Assembly: GCA_051252135.1 (NCBI GenBank)
Contig: JBPOGH010000002.1
Coordinates: forward strand, 160,001-224,000
DNA: 64,000 nt
Direction of reading: 5' to 3'
Source: Verrucomicrobiaceae bacterium
Lineage (GTDB): Bacteria; Verrucomicrobiota; Verrucomicrobiia; Verrucomicrobiales; Akkermansiaceae
Part shown: one piece after another, positions 56,425 through 64,000 of the stretch
Layout: the number at the start of each line of letters is the position of its first letter
Position numbering within the stretch: position 1 is the first letter of the stretch
Notes under the pieces: model-generated
The model's input: only the letters and a program-made list of their open reading frames with translations
What the model was told of the DNA's origin: nothing
Databases searched by the model: none
Made by a program: the position numbers and the translations under genes

Positions 56425-58305
56425 TTAGCCTCCGGTTTTTGGGCCGCGGGGCTTTTTGGGCTTCTCGGCTTGCTGGCCTCCCTGAGCGCCGGCCTTTTTA
56501 CGGGCCTTCTGGGTTTTCTGAGCCTCTTCAGCACGCTCGGCGAGCTTTTGCATCATCGACTTCTTGGCGGGCTTGTTGGACTCCTTGAGTTCGGCCTCGG
56601 GCATTTTCTGCATGAGCCAGGTCTGGCCGATGGAGAAGATGTTTTGGGTGGTCCAGTAGAGGGCGAGGGCGGAGGCGAAGTTGTAGCAGAAGAAGAAGAA
56701 GATGATCGGCATGAACATCATGATGCGCTGCTGCATTTTGTCGCCGGTTTTGGGCGTCATTTTCATCTGCAGGATCATGGTGATGGCCATGAGGACCGGA
56801 AGGATGTTGAGAGGGAGCTGGGTGCCGAGGAAGGGAAGGGAGAAGGGGAGGTCGAGGACGGCGACGGTATCGGGCTGGGAGAGGTCTTTCACCCAACCGA
56901 GGAAGGGTTGGTTCCGGAGTTCCACGGCGTATTGGAGCATGGTGAAAAAGCCGAAGAAGATGGGGATTTGAGCCAGCATGGGGAGGCATCCGCCCATGGG
57001 ATTGACCCCGTAGGTGCGGTAGAGCTTCATCATTTCCTGATTCATCTTGTTGGGATCATCAGGGTATTTTTCCTTCAGCTCGGCCATTTTGGGCTGGAGC
57101 TTGGACATCCGCTTCATGGTGCGGGTGGACTTGGCGTGCAGCGGCCACATGAGCGAGCGGATGAGGATGGTAAGCGCCATGATGGCCCATCCCCAGGACC
57201 AGGGATTGTTCTCGCCGCCGAAGAGGTTGGAGAACTTGTTAAGAATCCAGTTGAGCGGGCAACTGATCCATCCGAACCAGCCGTAGTTCATGACTTTGTC
57301 TTTTTCGCCCTCGAGGCTGCGAATCAGGAAGTTATTTTTGGGCCCCATGAAGATGTCGAAGACGAGGGTCTTGCTGGCTTTGGGGGCGAGGTTTTCGTCG
57401 GGGAGACTGATGGAGGTGGTGAGGAGGTTGGCGCTTTCGCCGCCGCGATCAGCAGGGAGGTCGATGACTGTTGGTTGGGCCCGGAAGGTGGAGCGGTAGG
57501 TGTCGGCAGGGTCGACAATGGTGGCGAAGAATTGGTTTTCCACGCCGGCGTAATCGATGCCCTCGGCCAGTTCTTCGCTGAAGGAAAGCTTCTCACTGGA
57601 GAAGAATCCTCCCTTGAAGTAGTTCTGATCCTTGCGGTTGTAGTCGCCCTCCTCTTGCCAGAAGAAGTTGAGGTAATTGGGGCGTTCGCCTTTGTGGAGG
57701 GGGGCGGAGGAGCCGGTGACCAGATTGATCGATCCAAGGGAGGTGGGGACCTCCGTGGTGTTGTAAAGGTCGAGGGTGAGCTTGATCCGGTAATCTGCTC
57801 CGCCACCGTCGTTCACCTTGGTCCAGGTTTTCTTTACTCCGAGGCCGTTGGTGAGGGTTCCGATGTAGACGATTGAGTCGGCGTCCTGGGATTGGATTTT
57901 ATAGAAGGGAACATCGAGAGTGTCGCCGGATCCGGAGACGAGGGCGCCAATTCGGCTCCTGCCCAGGTCGTTGATGCGGATCTTTTGGTTCAAGTCTTTG
58001 ACGGTAAGTTCGTCTTTGATGGTGGCTTCCTTGATGCCGCCTTCGAGGGAGGAGAGTTCGAAGATGTTGGTCCCGGTTTCGATTTTGTGGGTGGCGTCGC
58101 TTCCGATCGGTTCGCGTTTGACTTCCAGCGATGGGGTTTCGGCGGGAGCGGCGGCCACCGGTGGGTCGACGGCATCGGGGGTTTGCGTGGCGGCTTCTGC
58201 GGCTTCGGCAGCGCGTTGAGCAGCGTTATTCTGACTCTGCAGATGAATGTTGAAGGCCAACAGTATGCTGCAGGTGATGAGGACGATCCAGGCTTTGCGA
58301 TCCAT
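56425..58305 (-). CDS. yidC: Membrane protein insertase YidC
   Basis: WGWAIMALTILIR, LQPKM..LKEKY, GCLPMLAQIPIFF, LALYW. Confidence 0.95.
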   Translation of the reverse strand: MDRKAWIVLITCSILLAFNIHLQSQNNAAQRAAEAAEAATQTPDAVDPPVAAAPAETPSLEVKREPIGSDATHKIETGTNIFELSSLEGGIKEATIKDELTVKDLNQKIRINDLGRSRIGALVSGSGDTLDVPFYKIQSQDADSIVYIGTLTNGLGVKKTWTKVNDGGGADYRIKLTLDLYNTTEVPTSLGSINLVTGSSAPLHKGERPNYLNFFWQEEGDYNRKDQNYFKGGFFSSEKLSFSEELAEGIDYAGVENQFFATIVDPADTYRSTFRAQPTVIDLPADRGGESANLLTTSISLPDENLAPKASKTLVFDIFMGPKNNFLIRSLEGEKDKVMNYGWFGWISCPLNWILNKFSNLFGGENNPWSWGWAIMALTILIRSLMWPLHAKSTRTMKRMSKLQPKMAELKEKYPDDPNKMNQEMMKLYRTYGVNPMGGCLPMLAQIPIFFGFFTMLQYAVELRNQPFLGWVKDLSQPDTVAVLDLPFSLPFLGTQLPLNILPVLMAITMILQMKMTPKTGDKMQQRIMMFMPIIFFFFCYNFASALALYWTTQNIFSIGQTWLMQKMPEAELKESNKPAKKSMMQKLAERAEEAQKTQKARKKAGAQGGQQAEKPKKPRGPKTGG

Positions 58306-58328
58306 AAGTTTAAAGAGATTGAAAGAGG

Positions 58329-58583
58329 TCAGCGTTGATTCTTGGAAGGGGATTCCGGTGGGACGGGGTCATAACCGGACCCGCCCCAGGGATGACAGCG
58401 CAAAATCCGGCGAATACCGAGCCAGCTGCCTTTGAGTGATCCGTGGGTTTCCACGGCTTCCAGAAAATAGTGTGAGCAGGTGGGCTCGTAGCGGCATCCT
58501 GCGGAGGGGCCGCCGAGTGCCTTGAGGAAAGGCCGAAGCGCGACCTGATAGGTGCGGATGCCGAGGCGGATGAGGGTTTTCAT
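58329..58583 (-). CDS. yidD: Membrane protein insertion efficiency factor YidD
   Basis: [27 protein letters not shown]. Confidence 0.95.
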   Translation of the reverse strand: MKTLIRLGIRTYQVALRPFLKALGGPSAGCRYEPTCSHYFLEAVETHGSLKGSWLGIRRILRCHPWGGSGYDPVPPESPSKNQR

Positions 58584-58936
58584 GGCTCATCGATCCAGAG
58601 GTTGAGCCGCTTGGCTGTTTTGATCCAGTCGCGCTCGAGGTCTTGAAAGGTGGCATCTGCGGCGCGGTATCGGGCGATGGTGACGACCATGTGTCCCGGA
58701 GCGAGGTGATGACCCCACTTGCGAATGATTTCGCGGAAGCGGCGACGGAGAAGGTTACGAATGACGGCCTTCCTTGACGCTTTCTTTGAGGTGATGAGGC
58801 CGAATTTATGATCATCGAGGGTTTCGAGCTTGAGGGCCCCAATGACCAGATAGCGCCCGGCGGCGGAGTGTCCTCCTTCGCGAACGGACTGGAATTCACT
58901 CCAGTCCCTCATGCGCCGCTGACGGGTCAGTCTCAT
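58580..58936 (-). CDS. rnpA: Ribonuclease P protein component
   Basis: FGLITSKK...[13 protein letters not shown] (RNR motif); between rpmH and yidD. Confidence 0.92.
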   Translation of the reverse strand: MRLTRQRRMRDWSEFQSVREGGHSAAGRYLVIGALKLETLDDHKFGLITSKKASRKAVIRNLLRRRFREIIRKWGHHLAPGHMVVTIARYRAADATFQDLERDWIKTAKRLNLWIDEP

Positions 58937-58993
58937 ATGACCGCGACGTTCTCCAGTTCATCAAAAAGAGCCACCCGCAGGCGGCTCTTCGAT

Positions 58994-59179
58994 TTACTTG
59001 GTGTTGTTTTGCACCGTGTGGCGCTTGAAGTGAATCTCGGCGCCCTTTGGAAGGAGACGCTTGCGACCCTTGCGGCGGCGATTCTTGAGGATTCCGCGAC
59101 CGGCCTTATCGGCCATACGTGCACGGAAACCATGCTGGCGCTTGCGGACTCGCTTGGACGGCTGGTAAGTTCTTTTCAT
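58994..59179 (-). CDS. rpmH: 50S ribosomal protein L34 with C-terminal extension
   Basis: [22 protein letters not shown]...RRRKGRKRL. Confidence 0.95.
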   Translation of the reverse strand: MKRTYQPSKRVRKRQHGFRARMADKAGRGILKNRRRKGRKRLLPKGAEIHFKRHTVQNNTK

Positions 59180-59320
59180 GGCGTTTGGTCGGAAGAAAGT
59201 TGGTTAAAAAGTCACCGTTCGGGTGAGGGGCGCGAAGACTAGCCGTTGCGTCACCCTTGTCAACTCATCGTGGATTTTTTTGAGAAAATCCTTTGGAAGG
59301 CCTGCAGTCAGGAGCAGGGA

Positions 59321-60220
59321 TTAGGCTCTGCGACGGCGAGCGAGAAGGCCAAGACCGAGAAGCAGGGAAGCGGCGGTGCTGGGCTCGGGAACCGGGCAGC
59401 AACCCAGAATGGCGAAATCGCCGAGGACGGGGTCTCCGCCTACTCCGCTGATGCTAACGCGGTATTCCAGATTCGTTCCGGCAGTGTAGGTGTTGCCGTC
59501 GGAGATGTAGTAGTAGCCGATTTGGATGGGATTGCCGGTGGAGGCATCCGTCGCACTTCCCACTTTATTTGGCGAAGAGCTTGCTCCGGTCCCGAGGGTG
59601 GCCCAAGAACCACCGTTTTGGCGGACGTAGACGTTGAAGGGACCGGCACCGGTGTTAGTATAATCGATCTGTTCGAAGTAGACGCCATCGACGAGTTGGC
59701 TGTCGTTGACCGTCATGCTCAAGGTGAAGTCATAGCTACCATCGACCGGGGAGGCCCAGCAGGTGTAGCGATCGGCGGTAGGCTCATCGAGGCTGGCGGG
59801 GATGGTGCCGGTTGCGATACCGGTGTTGGTGTCCCAAAAGAGACGGGAGCTGCCACCCCAGGTTTCCTGGGTATTGCTGGTGTTAGAGACGCAATCGGCC
59901 TGATAGGTGATGCCGGAGTAGGTTCCGGCATTGAAGCCAGTGCTTGATTGCAAGCGCATGGAAGTCCCCACGAGGACGCCTTTTGCGCCCCAGTCATCGG
60001 AGGCGCTGTTTCCGTTATTGATGGAGAGACCGGGGTCGATCTGACTTCCGGCGGTGTTTTTGGAATACAAGTAGCCCCCGCTGATCGCGGTTCCGATATT
60101 TGAACAGGCTGCTGCTTCCCCCTCGGGTGCTCCACCACCGCCTTCATCAATTTGTGCGGAAAGGGGGGCGGCCGCTGCGAGCAAAATGCCCAGAACGGTA
60201 AAAAATGAAGGGGAATTCAT
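59321..60220 (-). CDS. PEP-CTERM sorting-domain protein
   Basis: Signal peptide; C-terminal PVPEPSTAASLLLGLGLLARRRRA. Confidence 0.9.
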   Translation of the reverse strand: MNSPSFFTVLGILLAAAAPLSAQIDEGGGGAPEGEAAACSNIGTAISGGYLYSKNTAGSQIDPGLSINNGNSASDDWGAKGVLVGTSMRLQSSTGFNAGTYSGITYQADCVSNTSNTQETWGGSSRLFWDTNTGIATGTIPASLDEPTADRYTCWASPVDGSYDFTLSMTVNDSQLVDGVYFEQIDYTNTGAGPFNVYVRQNGGSWATLGTGASSSPNKVGSATDASTGNPIQIGYYYISDGNTYTAGTNLEYRVSISGVGGDPVLGDFAILGCCPVPEPSTAASLLLGLGLLARRRRA

Positions 60221-60286
60221 AGGGGAAATTTAGTTAACTTCTCCAAATAATCATGAATCTCGTATAAAGACCAGTAAAAGTTCCCC

Positions 60287-61258
60287 TTAGTTTGGACGTT
60301 CTCCCGGCAGGCGGTGGAAATTCCAGCAGATCCAGTCGGAGAGAATCAAGGCGTCCTTTACCGGATGCCATTGAAGTTTGATGGTGGCTCCCTGCTTGGG
60401 AGCCGAGAGGTTGGCGGGCTCCCAAGGGTGGTCGAGAAGGGTTTTTCCGGCACCATCGGGAATGGCGACGGGATGACGGAGGGATTCGAAACTGGGGTCT
60501 TCAACCCAGAACCAGGGGCCGGGCAGGTCGTATTCCTCGGCCAGGAGTTTGGCGACCTCCGGATGAGCCGGAGAAAGGATGACGCGGAAAGTCTGTTCGT
60601 CGGCGTGTCTTTCGGAGGCGAACTTGCGGAGGAGATCGTCCCGGCTTTGGATGAACATTTCCGCATCCAGGAAGAGGAGGTCCCCTTCCCGGCGAAAAAA
60701 AGCGGTGACCCGACCGCGGGGCGGGATGTTTTCATACGCGACATGGCGGGCGAAGGCGTCCCAGGCTGCGGGGCTTTTGAGGCCCAATTCCACTTCGCGG
60801 TCCACGATGGGGCGTTGGAGATAGATGAGGCCGGAGTAGCCGGGGCGTTCGTAAATCAGGCCGAAGAGACCCTCTTTGCGCATGGCGAGGGGAAGGGGGG
60901 CGGGGCCGAAGAGGTCGGCTGAGAGCGGCTCATTGCCGGGGCCGCTCTTTCGAAGAAGTTCTATCATTTCATCAGCTGCCAGCACGTAGGGGGCTTGTTC
61001 TTCGGGAGATTCCGCTTTGAGGAAGGCGGCCAGGGTTTCATAGGCGACCTTTTGCCATCCTTTGACGGCAAAGGGATCTTCGGGTTGTCGGGCGTTGCGA
61101 TCATGGGAAGGATCGTTCCCGGTGATCAGGGAAATGATACCAACCAGGGTGAGGACAGCCAATCCACCGATGATGACTCGGGAGGCTATTTTGTTTCCCT
61201 CTTTTGAAGAGCGTGGTGCATTCCATTCGGATTCGGAGGGGGAATCATCGGGAACCAT
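60287..61258 (-). CDS. Hypothetical single-pass membrane protein
   Basis: 323-aa ORF with an N-terminal TM helix (VIIGGLAVLTLVGIISLI). Confidence 0.65.
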   Translation of the reverse strand: MVPDDSPSESEWNAPRSSKEGNKIASRVIIGGLAVLTLVGIISLITGNDPSHDRNARQPEDPFAVKGWQKVAYETLAAFLKAESPEEQAPYVLAADEMIELLRKSGPGNEPLSADLFGPAPLPLAMRKEGLFGLIYERPGYSGLIYLQRPIVDREVELGLKSPAAWDAFARHVAYENIPPRGRVTAFFRREGDLLFLDAEMFIQSRDDLLRKFASERHADEQTFRVILSPAHPEVAKLLAEEYDLPGPWFWVEDPSFESLRHPVAIPDGAGKTLLDHPWEPANLSAPKQGATIKLQWHPVKDALILSDWICWNFHRLPGERPN

Positions 61259-61353
61259 ATGGGGGAGGGAAGCTTACCGGAGGATGCAGCTCAATCATGA
61301 AGAGAAGAAGATTTAGCCTTTTGGAGAAGCGTGACACAAATTATCTTTGAGAA

Positions 61354-61578
61354 ATGTCACCTCAGGATGGACTTGCGTTGGGTCTTCTCGCGACGCTATT
61401 GGTCGCGTTTTGTTTTTTGATGGGGATTTTTGTTTCCTTGGCGCGCAACGGGAAGCGGAAGTTGAACGAGGTTGATAAGCTGATCGCCGGGATTGATGAA
61501 CATGAGAGACCGGAAGTCGCATCTTTGGGAAAAAAGAGGGCGGGATGGGAGCGGGATGCGGATTGGTGGAAATCTTGA
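61354..61578 (+). CDS. Small hypothetical membrane protein
   Basis: One TM helix then a charged tail ending WERDADWWKS. Confidence 0.6.
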   Translation: MSPQDGLALGLLATLLVAFCFLMGIFVSLARNGKRKLNEVDKLIAGIDEHERPEVASLGKKRAGWERDADWWKS

Positions 61579-61727
61579 AGAGAGCCCGGAAGAGTCGGTA
61601 AAAGGACGGGATCAAAGAACTCAGGGCAAATTGTGTCGCATTCGTCACATTTCAGCTTTTGTTGCTTGTCGTCTTTGTGTCTAAATCGAATTCCGCCGCA
61701 GTAATACGGCTTTTACAAACACGAAAA

Positions 61728-62912
61728 ATGAACAAATTGATCCAAACGATTGGCGCAGGTCTTGCGGCAACAACGGTATCCGCCCTCGCAGGTGATCTTA
61801 GCATCCCGGCTCCCGCACCCGCTCCCAGCAATGGAGGTGACTGGTGTGACACCCTTGAAGATCTCGGTAAGCTCTACAAGGACAAGAAGAATCCCTTCAT
61901 CCAGGAGGTCAAGGTCTTCGGTCGGGCCCAATACCAGTTCGGTTATACCGACGGGACTTACAACGGTCGCGACTTTTCCGGAGACGGTGGTGAGATGCGT
62001 CGTTTGCGCATTGGTTCATCGGTGAAGTTCCTTGATGGATTCACTCTTCTTGGGCGTGCAAACCTTGAGAAAGGTGGCTTCCGCGATGATAGCTTCGGCT
62101 ACGGCGGCATGGATGAACTTTATCTGGATTACGATTTCGGTGATGTGGCCGGATTCGAAGATGTCACTGTTGGATACGGTCGTTACAAGATTGCGATTGG
62201 CGGCGAGGAGCACGAATCTTCCAAGAAGATCAAGACTGTTGAGCGCTCCAATTTGGCAAACCTTTTTGCGCCCAGCCGTTCCACCGGTGTGATGATCAGT
62301 GCGGAACGCAACAAAGTGGATTACACCCTTGGTATTTTCAGCACGGACAACTCCAGCGCTCTGGGTAACTGGGACGAAGGCAACGCCATTTACGCGAGCG
62401 TTGATTTCAAGGCAGGTGGCGGAGACGTGATCCTCGACTTCCTTTACAATGATGCCGATGCCGCTGATGAGGATAGTTTCAACAGCGTTGAGTGGGTTGC
62501 TTCCGCGACTTACGAGACCGAGATTGGCAACTGGGACCTGATGACCAGTGCAACCTACGGGGAGCTTTCCCGTGCCGGTGGTTATAATGCCTACGGCATC
62601 GTGATCATGCCCTCGACTTTCCTCATTGAGGACAAGCTGGAGGCGGTCTTCCGTTACCAGTGGGGTCACGCCAGTGATGGCAACGGTTTCCAGATCAACA
62701 GCCGGAACGTGCGCAATGTTGCGAGCAGAGAAGTTCCCGGAGTGGGAGTGGGTCGTGGTGATGACAACCACACCTTCTACGCCGGCCTCAACTACTACCT
62801 TTGCGACCACAACGCGAAGGTCATGACGGGTGTTGAGTATGAGACCCTCGACGGCACTGCTGTCGACCTGGAAGCCACCACCCTTTGGGCGGCTTTCCGG
62901 ATGTATTTCTAA
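61728..62912 (+). CDS. OprO/OprP-like phosphate-selective porin
   Basis: Signal peptide, MRRLRIG, SSKKIKTVERS, C-terminal FRMYF; upstream of pstS. Confidence 0.75.
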   Translation: MNKLIQTIGAGLAATTVSALAGDLSIPAPAPAPSNGGDWCDTLEDLGKLYKDKKNPFIQEVKVFGRAQYQFGYTDGTYNGRDFSGDGGEMRRLRIGSSVKFLDGFTLLGRANLEKGGFRDDSFGYGGMDELYLDYDFGDVAGFEDVTVGYGRYKIAIGGEEHESSKKIKTVERSNLANLFAPSRSTGVMISAERNKVDYTLGIFSTDNSSALGNWDEGNAIYASVDFKAGGGDVILDFLYNDADAADEDSFNSVEWVASATYETEIGNWDLMTSATYGELSRAGGYNAYGIVIMPSTFLIEDKLEAVFRYQWGHASDGNGFQINSRNVRNVASREVPGVGVGRGDDNHTFYAGLNYYLCDHNAKVMTGVEYETLDGTAVDLEATTLWAAFRMYF

Positions 62913-62941
62913 GACGAGCAAGAATCGTCTTTTTCATCATG

Positions 62942-62977
62942 GCAGGTATTCCCGGAAGGGGATGCCTGCTTTTTTTT
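62942..62977 (+). terminator. Rho-independent terminator after the porin gene
   Basis: GCAGGTATTCCC-GGAA-GGGGATGCCTGC followed by T8. Confidence 0.8.
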
Positions 62978-62987
62978 GCTGAATCGA

Positions 62988-63007
62988 TTGTGACGAAACC
63001 GTGACAC
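62988..63007. promoter_or_regulatory. Pho-box-like tandem repeat (GTGAC at 62990 and 63001, 11 bp period) upstream of pstS
   Basis: TTGTGACGAAACCGTGACAC is the reverse complement of GTCAC-N6-GTCAC. Confidence 0.55.
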
Positions 63008-63087
63008 ATCATCGGTATCCGCGGCGTGGAATCCGGCTATTGTTCGGTCGTTGCCACCGATTATCAGGCGACTGAACAAAAACCAAA

Positions 63088-63903
63088 ATGACCATGAAAT
63101 ACACTGCGTTGATTGCCCTCGGAATGACTCTCGCCGGTCCTGCACTGGCTCAAGAAAAGATCGTCATGAAGGGTTCCGATACCCTGGGTGCCAAGATGGT
63201 GCCCCAGCTTAAAGAAGCTTTTCTCGCCGCCGGCAACAAGGCTGACTTTGAGATCGCTGCCGAAGGTTCCTCCCAGGCATTTACCAACCTTCTTGCGGGC
63301 ACTTGCAACATCGGGATGTCCAGCCGGGACGTGAAGGATTCCGAGAAGGACAGCTTCACGGCAAAGGGCCAGTCACTGGTAGAGCATGTGGCCGCCTGGG
63401 ACATGATCGCGGTGGTGGTGAACAAGGGGAACGGAGTTCGCAATCTCAGCCTGAAGCAGGTGGAGGGAATTTTCACGGGAGACATCACCGACTGGAGTGA
63501 AGTGGGTGGGAAGCCGGGGAAAATTTCCGCTTACACGCGCAATACCGCGTCCGGGACCTACAAGACGTTTCAGGAGCTGGCGATGAGCAAGCGCGACTAC
63601 GGTTCGGATACCCAGAAGATGGCCGGGAACGAGCAGATTGCCACCGAGGTGGCTGGAAACGTGAACGGAATCGGGTATGTCGGACTTGCCTATTCGGAGA
63701 AGGATGGTCTTCGTGCGGTGAAGGTTGAGGGAGAGGCGCCCAAGCCCCGCAACAAGGCCGATTACCCTCTTTCCCGGAAGCTTTACTACTACACCGTGGG
63801 TGAGCCCACCGCTTCAGCGAAAGCGTTTATCGACTGGGCCATCGGTTCCAAGGAGGCTGCAACGGTGATTGAGAAGGTGGGATTCATTCCTGTTGGCGAA
63901 TAG
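63088..63903 (+). CDS. pstS: Phosphate ABC transporter substrate-binding protein
   Basis: KGSDT, GSSQAF, IGMSSR, IFTGDITDWSEVGG, RNTASGTY, GIGYVG, YPLSRKLYYY. Confidence 0.9.
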   Translation: MTMKYTALIALGMTLAGPALAQEKIVMKGSDTLGAKMVPQLKEAFLAAGNKADFEIAAEGSSQAFTNLLAGTCNIGMSSRDVKDSEKDSFTAKGQSLVEHVAAWDMIAVVVNKGNGVRNLSLKQVEGIFTGDITDWSEVGGKPGKISAYTRNTASGTYKTFQELAMSKRDYGSDTQKMAGNEQIATEVAGNVNGIGYVGLAYSEKDGLRAVKVEGEAPKPRNKADYPLSRKLYYYTVGEPTASAKAFIDWAIGSKEAATVIEKVGFIPVGE

Positions 63904-63931
63904 GTTACGGGATTGTTACAATACTGTCACA
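63902..63931 (+). promoter_or_regulatory. Pho-box-like triple repeat (GTTAC/GTTAC/GTCAC at 63904, 63915, 63926)
   Basis: Exact 11 bp periodicity typical of PhoB/OmpR-family sites, directly after the pstS stop. Confidence 0.55.
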
Positions 63932-63934
63932 CAG

Positions 63935-63965
63935 GGTGCATTTCCCATTGGGAGGTGCATCTTTT
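63935..63965 (+). terminator. Hairpin plus T-run after pstS
   Basis: GGTGCATTTCCC-ATT-GGGAGGTGCATC followed by TTTT. Confidence 0.5.
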
Positions 63966-64000
63966 AGTGTTCACCCAGTTCGAGAAGGCGAGCGAATATT

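Noticed and set aside
59180..59320. oriC upstream of rpmH
   Set aside because: Short spacer with no DnaA-box cluster, no AT-rich unwinding element and no dnaA.

Overview
Bacterial chromosomal window of about 60% GC in genetic code 11. It is most likely from Verrucomicrobiota (Akkermansiaceae/Verrucomicrobiales-like), judged from a PEP-CTERM protein, several sulfatases, CotH/LamG surface proteins, an extended L34 and strong strand-specific codon bias. It holds glycan-degradation genes (GH127, two GH16, GH110, three sulfatases), a BlaI/BlaR1-LamG regulator pair and housekeeping genes (pdxA, tadA, leuS, a Fpg/Nei glycosylase, hisG, malQ, pckG, rpmH-rnpA-yidD-yidC). It also holds a carboxy(nor)spermidine polyamine cluster and the start of a phosphate-uptake locus. 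The main finding is a gene the ORF track misses: 18934..19896 (-) is a 320-codon secreted thioredoxin-like protein with an in-frame TGA at the first Cys of the CxxC motif (W-U-S-T-C), followed by a SECIS-like hairpin. It is a candidate selenoprotein, third in an operon with a DUF4266-like Cys-tailed lipoprotein and a DUF3570-like outer-membrane barrel. Also found: a three-copy ~210 bp MITE with YTAG target duplications, an unannotated 34-aa bS22-like protein and repeat-derived insertions inside leuS. All family calls come from motif recognition by eye; no database searches were run.
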